Shown piece by piece: positions 24,765 to 35,782 of a stretch of 64,000 nt of DNA. A model generated the notes under the pieces. It ran no database searches and was not told where the DNA came from. It was given only the letters and a program-made list of their open reading frames with translations. Made by a program: the position numbers and the translations under genes. Source of the DNA: Macrostomum hystrix (Eukaryota; Animalia; Platyhelminthes); contig CATNEN010000024.1 in NCBI GenBank assembly GCA_950097015.1, positions 4,898,001 through 4,962,000 on the forward strand. Reading direction: 5' to 3'. The stretch's first letter is position 1; each line of letters opens with the position of its first letter.

Positions 24765-25780
24765 GAGGATAGAGGAGAGATGAGAGAGGAGAGATGGGAG
24801 ATGAGAGAGGAGAGATGAGAGAGGAAAGATGGGAGATGAGAGAGGAAAGATGAGAGAGGAGAGATGAGAGAGGAGAGATGGGAGATGAGAGAGGAGAGAT
24901 GAGAGAGGAGAGATGGGAGATGAGAGAGGAGAGATGAGAGAGGAGAGATGGGAGATGAGAGAGGAAAGATGAGAGAGGAGAGATGGGAGATGAGAGAGGA
25001 GATATGAGAGAAGAGAAATGAGAGAGGAGAGATGGGAGATGAGAGAGGAGAGATGGGAGATGAGAGTGGAGAGATGAGAGAGGAGAAATGAGAGAGGAGA
25101 GATGGGAGATGAGAGATGAGAGAGGAGAGAGGAGAGAGGAGAGATGAGAGAGGAGAGATGGGAGATGAGAGTGGAGAGATGAGAGAGGAGAAATGAGAGA
25201 GGAGAGATGGGAGATGAGAGATGAGAGAGGAGAGAGGAGAGAGGAGAGAGGAGAGATGAGAGAGGAGAGATGAGACAGGATAGATGAGAGAGGAGAGATG
25301 AGAGAGGAGAGGGGAGAGAGGAGAGATGAGAGAGGAGAGATGAGAGAGGAGAGAGGAGAGAGGAGAGATGAGAGAGGAGAGGGGAGAGAGGAGAGATGAG
25401 GGAGGAGAGATGAGAGAGGAGAGATGGAAGATAAGAGAAGAGAGGAGAGGGGAGAGAGGAGAGGGGGAGAGAGTAGGGGGTAGAGAGGAGAGGGGGGAAA
25501 GAGGTGAGCGGAGGAGAGGAGAGAGGATAGATGATAGAGGATAGATGAGAGAGGAGAGATGAGAGAGGAGAGAGGAGAGAGGAGAGATGAGAGAGGAGAG
25601 ATGAGACAGGAGAGATGAGAGAGGAGAGATGAGAGAGGAGAGGGGAGAGAGGAGAGATGAGGGAGGAGAGATGAGAGAGGAGAGATGGGAGATGAGAGAG
25701 GAGAGGAGAGAGGAGAGGGGGAGAGAGTAGGGGGTAGAGAGGAGAGGGGGAAAGAGGTGAGCGGAGGAGAGGAGAGAGGG
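24765..25780. repeat. Polypurine (GA-rich) tract, GAGAGGAGAGATGA-like units
   Basis: About 1 kb, almost entirely A/G with sparse T. Confidence 0.95.
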
Positions 25781-26837
25781 ACGAATAAAGAGACTGGCTA
25801 AAGAGTATATGTAGAAGAAAGAATGTAGAGGAGAAAAGTCGTTATACTGTATAATGGGAGCAGAAAAAAAGTGAATGTAAGCTAGAAAACGGTTTAAGAA
25901 ATCAAAAGAAAGAAGCCAGATGATGTCGGATGATTGGGCAGATAACGGAAATAAGGGATAATAGAGAAGGAGAGAACGGAAGTGGTGGCAAAAAATAGCC
26001 ATTGAGAACTGGGATAAGTGCGACGTCAAATAGATGTAGCGGTTGCTGTGGTCACCGCTGGCCATTCATGCTTTGGACAGTCATAGCCCAAAGTGCTGTC
26101 CAGTTCTGCGTGTCTTGCTGGAACTCTTGCATGTCGCTTTTCTACAAGAATCCCAAAATTCAGCGAGTCTGTGACGGCTCTTGAGACTGCCTGACACTGT
26201 CTCACTGCTCAACTATTTGTCTCAGCTAAGAAATCATCTTGCTCGCGCTCTGGTCTAGCTCGAATCTGGGACTTGGGGGTTCATTTCGGCCGGCGAAGGA
26301 TTTCAACTCATCAGGCCAGTGGGGACTTGTGCCCCATCAGCTGAGGGGGGATAAGTGGTCACTTGTCCTCGACGGGAAATTTCGACTGTGAAATTCGCCT
26401 ACAAGCACAAAGAATTGACAGCGTGGGATAATGGGAAGATAAATGGGGATCGATTGGGAGTGCGGGCGAGGAGAAGAAATCGGCGAGTAATGGGAGAACT
26501 GTATTTGTGAGGGGATAACTCTCAAATTGTGTAGCATTATTGCTAGTTGTCTGTGGATCAAGGAAGGCTGCGTACAGTTTAGCACTTTGTTGCTGCAAAA
26601 AAGCGACTAAGTTTAGGCCCGGATCCGTCATCCAGCGAGGCAGCATTTCTTGGAAAACTAATTGCTGGAACCTTTGAAGTGGTGTGGGCCTTTGAATTTG
26701 ACGCGCGCTTTTACAATCGGATGGATTGTGACAGCCAGAACTGGGAGGTTTCTGAAAGCACTTTAATCTCGAACTAAACTGGGTCAGATAATTGCGCGAA
26801 TCATAGAGCATTTTGGATTTGAGCAATTTTTTATCTG

Positions 26838-27200
26838 TGGATCTGAGGATCTGAGGATCTGAGGATCTGAGGATATGAGGAACTGAGGATATGAGTGAGG
26901 ATATGAGGATATGAGGATATGAGGATATGAGGATCTGAGGATATGAGGATCTGAGTATCTGAGGATATGAGGATATGAGGATATGAGGAACTGAGGATAT
27001 GAGGAACTGAGGATATGAGGATCTGAGGATATGAGGATCTGAGGATATGAGGATCTGAGGATATGAAGATATGAGGATATGAGGATATGAGGATATGAGG
27101 ATCTGAGGATTTGAGGAACTGAGGATATGAGTGAGGATATGAGGATATGAGGATATGAGGATCTGAGGATATGAGGATCTGAGTATCTGAGGATATGAGG
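26838..27200. repeat. 8-nt microsatellite TGAGGATA/TGAGGATC
   Basis: Tandem units. Confidence 0.95.
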
Positions 27201-28137
27201 TTAGTTACGTAAGCATGCTTGGCTACTTGCAGTAGCTCATAAAAAGAAGGTCGTTTAGAAGTTTTATAAGCTTTTGAAATTCTTTCAGATGATTGTAGTT
27301 AAATATTTATTGCGAGCGAATTAGCACTGCCTTCCATCTGTTTCTGTGCTTCTCAAACAGGCGCTAATTTTGAGCACTGTCAATTGTTCATTTTTGTTGT
27401 ATGCAATATCTTACACAGTTGGTTAAGAAATATTTGCACAGCTGTGCATGGAGCGTTTGCTGGCTTTACTCAAGGGCGAGAAACCTACAGCTGACAATGC
27501 ATCTTTCCGCCTGAGATTGCTTGCTAAAGATAGGAATAGATTATTATTGTGTGAGTCACTTGTTTCTAATCTAAGAAATTACGAGCCTTAAGGAGGATAA
27601 GTGTGTGGCAAGGCTATAAGGAAGGTTGGTGGTTGAGTATAGCCGGCAGCTTAAATGTTAGTTATGGCGAGACTCGTAAAATGAGTTTGAGTAGGTTGAG
27701 TTCGCCAAGGAGTAGTGGCAATTAGAGGCAGGGTTTTAAGAATGAAAATATTTCTTTCAGCAAAGAGAAGCGTATAGAGCAGGGTCGAGGCTGAGAAGGC
27801 AGGCATGTCGTAGAGTCGTAGATGTTGGTTAGAGAGATGGAGAGACAGAGAGACAGGTATCGCGGGGTTGGCGCTTCTGGTTGGAAAGACAAAAAGGCCA
27901 CGCAACACATTCTAAAGATGAAAATAAACTATAATAGAAACTAAAATAGAAAGACTGCCGACCTAATGCCGACAGCTGCATGGCTGGGGTTGGTGGCTGA
28001 TGGTCGGACATTTGGAAAGATTCTTTTAAATTGTTTAAAGCAAAGCTAAAAGGAGAGTTTAACTGAACTGGGCTCAACCTGCTTTTGAAACAGCGCCAAT
28101 TTTATTTTACTCAGATTGAAGCGATTTGAAGCGATTA

Positions 28138-31100
28138 ATGATGTCAGCACAGATGGAAGCCACAGCGACTTGCCTAGTGCTGATCGCTTTTGGGCTCCCG
28201 ACCGGGGCTCGAGCTCAGGACCTCACACCGGGAGCGGCGGCCGGAGTTGCATTCGTTGTAACTTTCGTCGTCTGCCTGTGCGTCTGTCTCATTGTTGTCT
28301 GCCTGCTGCTGAAGCGACTCCGACTAGCGCAGAGAAGAGGCGAGTCTTGCTTGATGATTTCTATTAAGACCAATGGGGCATTTCAAATACCCACTTGTCG
28401 ATTTGTCGAATGTTTTGGGAGATACGGAAAAGCATAAATGTGGGTATTTGAAATACTATATCTACTGTTGATAGTTCGGCTTCATTTTTGTTATAGCTCG
28501 TACATAAAACCATAAACTTTTTTTTACAAATTTGTTTAAAATTTCGAAGTTATCTAATGATAACAAACATTTTATTCGACTTCTAAGAAAGTGGGTTAGT
28601 AATAATTGCAAGAGGGCTGCGGGCAATGGCCCATCGTTTGGTGACACTAGACCCGCAGCCAGCCGCAGGCAATTCTGCCCATTTCGCTGACTCCTGAGCA
28701 CACACGCACACAGATACTGTACGCAGGCACGTGCTCACACAGGTGTGTACATCTGCCGACTTTCTCATCGTCAGGCAGCTTGTAATGTACGAGAATTTCT
28801 AAATAATAAATGCAGTCACATAATTGAAAAAGCTTCACAATATTTGACGTAGCCCTCATTTCCAACTGCAATTGACAGCCGAAATTTCGCGCGCCTATCG
28901 CGGCGGCGTCGAAAATAGCGGCTTCGACAGGGTCGACAGGGAGACCGGTGCTAGCGCTGGCGGCGGCGGAGGCGCCGGCGGTGCTGTAAGTCGAGTTAAC
29001 GAACGCAGCTCAGCGACAGACACCAGTTCCGTCGTGAGTCATTAATAATAGATAGAATTTTCGATAAAATGCAGTCAAACCAAGCAATGGGCCAGTTGCA
29101 GAAAAACAGTAAACTTGTCTCACTATTAATTAGGTCCAGCCAGTCGGCAAGTCCAGAATTTCTGTGTGCGCCACCAAGTCAGAGGATCTGGCGTTGAAGG
29201 TCAAGCTAATCGACAACATGGCGCTCGTGTCCAAGGACCCGCTGCACAGCTCATTGTGCAGCCGATTGGGCGTCAGAAGCGGTGAGTTCGTCAGAGGTTT
29301 AGCACGGGAGCATGGGAAGCGTTTTGAATAGAATCGACAAAAAATCTGATTTCGCGTCCCGCAGGCGATCGCATTGTCGGATTCCACATTGACCTGACCA
29401 CGGGCGATGCGGAGCCGGAAGCGGAGCTCGTGAGCTTTCTGCTGGGCTTGGTCGGCCACTTCGGCCTGACCGTCGATTTCGAGCGGCGACAACCGTCAAC
29501 GACGACCACCACTCCCGTTGTTCCACCGCGAGAGGCTTCTAGAAGCGGCATCGTGCCGTCCATCGTTGTCTCTGCGTCTACAACAACACCGGCGTCTGAG
29601 GCTGCAGAGGTGGCTCCGGAATCCAAAGCTCGCGCCGCTGCTGCCGCGCCCGCTGCCACCGCGTCTGAGGTGGCGCTTGCAGCAGCGAATTCCGGGACGC
29701 GTCTTCTTCTTGGTCGCATCTGCGGCGGCCCTCTGCACGCGGCCGGCGATCAGTTCCAGCGCGCGCTGCTGACCTCCGAGTGGACGGAGGCGGAGCCCAG
29801 CAGTGACGAATGGGTGGGCGTGAGCGCCGAGCTGATGGTGCGCGAGGAGGAGGACACGCACGCCTACGCGGTGATTGGGGAGGCTTTCGCAGCGCCGGAC
29901 CTGTCCCTAGAGCTGACCGACAACGACGCCAAGAAGACCTGGCGCTCGTTGCCCGGTCATGACCTCGATGCCATCGAGCTGGAGGTGGCGATGGAGAAGC
30001 CAGTCTCCAGTCCGAATTTTCACGCAGCATCGGCTCCTGCGGCGGCGGAGCGGGCCGACAAAATAAGCGACCGCCGCGGCTCTGGTTCGTCCGTTGACAC
30101 CTCGTCTGGCACAGCCAGTACGCAGGTCGAGGTTATGGCACCGAGAGACTTGCTGCGACTGCGGGCAAGCGACGCCGCTGACGGTGGTGGTGACGACGAC
30201 GCCCAGACAACATCGGGAGACGAGGATTTCGAAGAGAGAGACGCTGTGGCCGCGGCGGTGAAGGAGGCGGACAAAGCGGTTTCAAAGTCCATGGTGAAAC
30301 CTGAATTCGAGATAGGAGCGAATTTTGAAATCGCTAATGAGTCTGACGTGAAAACCGACATTGAAGTGCAAGCAGAAGTGGAACTCGACGTCGATGCACA
30401 AGCGGAAGTGGAACTTGACTTTGATGATCAAACGGAAGTGGAACTCGACGTCGATGCACAAGCGGAAGTGGAACTTGACTTCGATGATCAAACGGAAGTG
30501 GAACTCGACGTCGATGCACAAGTTGAAGTGGAACTCGACGTCGATGCACAAGCGGAAGTGGAAGTCGACGTCGATGCACAAGCGGAAGAAGATTTGGAAG
30601 ATTTGGAGTTTGAGCGCGCAGAAAGCATTTTGGAGGCAGAGTCGGAGGCTGACGACATCGAGGAGATTTCCATTGACGATGATACACCGGACACTAGAAG
30701 CCTAGAACCGTCAGCCTTAGCGTCGATGCAACTCAGGACTGAGACTAGCAGCAGTAGCGGCAGCAGCAGAAGAAACAGCAGCAGCGATACCGACGGGTCT
30801 AATCGTCAGCTGGCAGACGCCATACAGCAGGCGGCCCAGGCAGTCGAAAATGAAATTGAGCCTGACGTGGTGGAGGCAGAGGAGATTGTACCGCTGGCGT
30901 CGGGTGGGCAGCAAAGGGAGCCACGGGCAGCACCAGCCTGGGAGAGTCTGGACAACCAGTTGGTGGCAGGTCGACGACGGGAAAATTCGGATCACCAGCT
31001 GGTCCAAGCAGTTCGCTGGGAAAATCTTGAAAATCATTCCGTGCCAGGAAGTGGGTGGAAAAATTTAGACAATCAGCCGGTGCAATCAGGTAATTTTTTG

Positions 31101-31860
31101 TGAAGTGAATACTCCTTACGAGCGCACCCCCTAGCAGTTAAAATATTATTAAGTTTCCTATTTACGCTAATCGAGAACGCTCTTTCACACACGCTAAAAC
31201 ATCCGCCTCACGCATGAGGTTACCTGCATCCCGCACCCAACTCATTCCTACACCCACCTCACTCCATCACCCACCTCACTCCTTCACCCACCCCACTCCT
31301 TCACACCCTTCACTCACCCCAAATCGAACTCACATATTTAAGCTGCTGTTGAGGAGCCGCCAGTGCAAGTGGTAACCGTCCAGCATCAAGAATCCCGGCC
31401 GAAGCCATCGAAAATACCGCAGCGCTCGCTCAGTGCCGTTCTCAAAGAAGTCGAGCTGGCAACTGCCAACCTTGTGGAGAGCGAGGCAGTCGCCGCTTCT
31501 AGCGCACACAACGACGCCAGCATCGAGTCACCACCCGCAGTCGAAGAGGACGTGGTCACTGTGACACTGGCGCCGGCGTCGGCGATTCAGCTGGACTTTC
31601 AAGCGCTGGAGGAACAGCGAGAAGATGAAGTTAGGCCAGAGTCACCGCTACTTGACTCCGAGCTTCTGCGCGAAATTCAAGCTGGCGCTGAGAGGATTTG
31701 GGACGATGAGGACGGCGTCGGCAGTGAAAGCGACCTTCGACTAGAGGAGTCAGAGGGCGAACTGTCTGACAGTTTCCAAGAGTTTCTGCAAAACGAGGAA
31801 GAGCTGGAGGGTGATGGCCTCAGCCGGATGATTCAGAAGCTTGAAGAATCTGACGCTTGA
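28138..31860 (+). CDS. Uncharacterised single-pass membrane protein with a cytosolic PDZ-like domain and long acidic tail; exons 28138-28343, 28931-28985, 29134-29281, 29365-31089, 31343-31860 (~883 aa)
   Basis: Signal-like segment (ATCLVLIAFGLPTGARA), TM (GVAFVVTFVVCLCVCLIVVCLLL) and basic stop-transfer KRLR. Exons 3-4 join into DLALKVKLIDNMALVSKDPLHSSLCSRLGVRSGDRIVGFHIDLTTGDAEPEAELVSFLLGLVGHFGLTVDFER. All phases are consistent; the first donor (GA|gtcttg) and last acceptor (tttaag|) are weak. Confidence 0.7.
28668..28779 (+). repeat. Unclassified ~110-bp dispersed element, copy 1
   Basis: ggcaattctgcccattt...ctcctgagcacacacgcacacagatactgtacgcaggcac...ctttctcatcgtcaggcagc, nearly identical to 50431-50540. 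Confidence 0.85.
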
Positions 31861-31875
31861 GAGTGTTGGATTAGA

Positions 31876-32010
31876 GTTGAAGGAGTGAGGTGGGTGAAGG
31901 AGTGAGGTGGGTGAAGGAGTGAGGTGGGTGAAGGAGTGAGGTGGGTTGAAGGAGTGAGGTAGGTAAAGGAGTGAGGTGGGCGAAAGGGGTGGGGTGGGGT
32001 GTGGAAAGGG
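31876..32010. repeat. 17-nt repeat GAAGGAGTGAGGTGGGT; inverted copies at 31251-31305
   Basis: Direct reading; the intronic CACCCACCTCACTCCTT units are its reverse complement. Confidence 0.9.
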
Positions 32011-32607
32011 TGAGTGGGGGTGAAAGACTGAGGTGGGTGCCAGAGCGAGCTGGGCACAGAAGTTGGGTGGATGGAGCAGTGTGGTAGTGAGGTGTTGTTT
32101 CGGAGAAGGATTAGAATACCAAAGAAATCTAGGCAAATAAAAGGGATAGAGGGTTGCAGAAGACTGTTGTTGAGCATTCAAATTTATCGGAATTGGCAAA
32201 AAATATTGGCACTCATTACTACCCACATTATACTCATTGTTTGCGCTTCTGCTCCTCATTCTGGCTTGCCAATTATTGTGTACACCTACTTGTAAACCAT
32301 TTTAAAGCTGCACAAAGATTAGCACCAGCTGGCTGACTAATCCCCTTTGTGTCGAATCTAAATGCTAATTGTTAGTCAAGGAGATGGAAGGCAAGGTTTA
32401 ACACCTTCCTGTCCGTATCGATTCCGAAATCGACATTACATAACGAATTAACGAATTCATTTATGAACGAATGCACCGAAAACATTAATAGAGACAATGT
32501 AAGAATATAAATGTTTATCAACAGGTATTAATAATTGCAGCATTGTTACTTTATTTTAACCTTATTATCGATGTTTGCGAAACCCTTAAAGCAAATAAAA
32601 AGTATAT

Positions 32608-32905
32608 ATAATTGATCACACCTGCCCCAATTGGGCCAGATGCGCAGCCGACAGCACAGCCGCAGCTAATGCGCGGCGCATCTGAAGGCTGCGTACAGCT
32701 GTTCAGTCCATGGACTGGGGGGACGTCACACCCACCCTCAATTGCCCCCAGCTGATGCTGGTACCCATTTAACAGCTGGGTGAACAGCAGCAATGCAGAG
32801 TAAATTGGCTTGCTAAAGGATACAAACAGTTCCAGTGGACTTAAGAATCGAACCACCGACCTTCAAGTCATGAGTACGCCGCTTAAACCACTAGGCTACA
32901 ACCCC
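32608..32905 (-). mobile_element. tRNA-derived SINE, copy 2 (most complete)
   Basis: The minus strand starts GGGGTTGTAGCCTAGTGG (A box)...actcatgact...GGTTCGATTC (B box), then the same body and palindrome as copy 1. Confidence 0.9.
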
Positions 32906-33039
32906 ATATAGGCTATAACTGGCAAAATTATACTTAAAGCCTTGAATGGTGATCTGTTGAAAAAACTTCCCAATCAGTGATTGAGAGGAATCGAAACAAT
33001 TTTAATCTACGAACTAGCAATTAAAAACGACGAACAAAT

Positions 33040-35010
33040 AGCTTCTAAAACGACGAACTAACCATTGGAAATCGACGAACTGACCATTTGAAATAGACGA
33101 ACTGACCATTTAAAATCGACGAACTAACCATTTGAAATCGACGAACTAACCATTTGAAATCGACGAACTAAACATTTGAAATCGACGAACTGACCATTTG
33201 AAATCTACGAACTGACCATTTGAAATCGACGAACTGACCATTTAAAATCGACGAACTAACCATTTAAAATCGACGAACTAAACATTTGAAATCGACGAAC
33301 TGACCATTTGAAATCTACGAACTGACCATTTGAAATCGACGAACTGACCATTTAAAATCGACGAACTAACCATTTAAAATCGACGAACTGAACATTTGAA
33401 ATCGACGAACTGACCATTTGAAATCTACGAACTGACCATTTGAAATCGACGAACTGACCATTTAAAATCGACGAACTGACCATTTAAAAACGACGAACAA
33501 ATAGCTTCTAAAACGACGAACTAACCATTGGAAATCGACGAACTGACCATTTGAAATCGACGAACTGACCATTTAAAATCGACGAACTGACCATTTAAAA
33601 TCGACGAACTAACCATTTAAAATCGACGAACTAACCATTTAAAATCGACGAACTGACCATTTGAAATCGACGAACCAACCATTTAAAATCGACGAACTAA
33701 CCATTTAAAATCGACGAACTAACCATTTAAAATCGACGAACTGACCATTTAAAATCGACGAACTGACCATTTGAAATCGACGAACTAACCATTTAAAATC
33801 GACGAACTGAACATTTGAAATCGACGAATTGACCATTTGAAATCTACGAACTGACCATTTGAAATCGACGAACTGACCATTTGAAATCGACGAACTGAAC
33901 ATTTAAAATCGACGAACTGACCATTTAAAATCGACGAACTGACCATTTAAAATCGATGAACTGACCATTTGAAATCGACGAACTGACCATTTAAAATCGA
34001 CGAACTAACCATTTAAAATCGACGAACTAAACATTTGAAATCGACGAACTAAACATTTTAAATCGACGAACTGACCATTTGAAATCGACGAACTGACCAT
34101 TTAAAATCGACAAACTAACCATTTAAAATCGACGAACTAACCATTTGAAATCGACGAACTAACCATTTAAAATCGACGAACTAAACATTTGAAATCGACG
34201 AACTAAACATTTTAAATCGACGAACTGACCATTTGAAATAGACGAACTGACCATTTAAAATCGACGAACTAACCATTTAAAATCGACGAACTAAACATTT
34301 GAAATCGACGAACTAAACATTTTAAATCGACGAACTGACCATTTGAAATAGACGAACTGACCATTTAAAATCGACGAACTAACCATTTTAAATCGACGAA
34401 CTGACCATTTGAAATCGACGAACTGACCATTTAAAATCGACGAACTAACCATTTGAAATCGACGAACTAAACATTTTAAATCGACGAACTGACCATTTGA
34501 AATAGACGAACTGACCATTTAAAATCGACAAACTAACCATTTAAAATCGACGAACTAACCATTTGAAATATATGAACTAACCATTTTAAATCGACGAACT
34601 AAACATTTGAAATCGACGAACTAAACATTTTAAATCGACGAACTGACCATTTGAAATCGACGAACTGACCATTTGAAATCGACGAACTGACCATTTAAAA
34701 TCGACGAACTGACCATTTAAAATCGACGAACTGACCATTTAAAATCGACGAACTAACCATTTAAAATCGACGAACTGACCATTTAAAATCGACGAACTGA
34801 CCATTTAAAATCGACGAACTAACCATTTAAAATCGACGAACTAACCATTTAAAATCGACGAACTGACCATTTGAAATCGACGAACTGACCATTTGAAATC
34901 TACGAACTAACCATTTAAAATCGACGAACTGACCATTTAAAATCGACGAACTGACCATTTGAAATCGACGAACTGACCATTTGAAATCGACGAACTGACC
35001 ATTTGAAATA
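33040..35010. repeat. Minisatellite, 22-nt unit AAATCGACGAACTGACCATTT(G/A)
   Basis: About 90 units; one flank-like segment is repeated at about 33023 and 33487. Confidence 0.97.
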
Positions 35011-35782
35011 GATTAGCTAACCAATAATCAATTTCTAGTACTATCACGCTAAATTAAGAAATAACAAAAAACAGGGCAAGTGACTTTATAAACCTAGAAA
35101 TTGTATTATTGTGTTGTAATACAGCAATGTAAACCAACATAATATAGCGGTGATATTTTATTAATCGCATCTCGTTATATCACAAAATTTAAGAACCAAA
35201 TTCAGCTGTACTGAAGTCTATTACACTTCTAGTGTAAAAAAGCAATCAGAGGAATTTTTTGCTAAAAAAGCAACACACTTACATTGAAAAATAAATTAAA
35301 ATATTGTGATAACTGAAACCTGGTTATAGGAAAAAACTAGTGTCTCTTTGTAAAAAATATATTATTATGTATTCTATTACTGTGTATGACATCCTTATGT
35401 TCAATCTAAAACAAAAAAAAACAAAACAAACTTATTAAGTGCTGATGCAAAAACTCATCAAATACTACTTAAATTCTAGCCAAACATCAGTAGTATTAAG
35501 AGTAGATGAAACACCTGATTCTATTTGTAAAAAAACTGGCTAAAATGGAGACAAAAGAATTTGGAATAGAGGTTTAAAATGATAATACGAATACATATTG
35601 GCTACAAGTAAAAATATAATTGTGAGCAAACAATAAGCTGGTTTCCATGTGAAGTCTGTAGCAGACTGGATGGCACAACAGCTGGTGCAGCAGTGGTTCC
35701 ACAGTCAATGAATTAGATGTACGATAAAACTAATTAAAAAACATACTACTGATCGGTTCGCCAGTTTCACAAGTAGTATCTC

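Noticed and set aside
26359-26826. 155-aa minus-strand ORF
   Set aside because: Non-ATG start, no recognisable domain and no clear splice partners.
28340-28345. GC-AG donor (AG|GCGAGT) for TM-PDZ exon 1
   Set aside because: It gives phase 1 and a stop in exon 3; the GT at 28344 restores the frame.
28668-28779. Hammerhead ribozyme in the dispersed element (CUGACGA...CGAAA on the minus strand); also TGATGAG..GAAA at ~37620 and CTGATGA at ~54686
   Set aside because: Stems II and III and the cleavage triplet cannot be formed, and the second copy lacks the GAAA.
32835-32905. tRNA gene (CAT anticodon-like) here and at 2165 and 61481
   Set aside because: The acceptor stem does not close, and the heads continue into a shared non-tRNA body, so these are SINEs.
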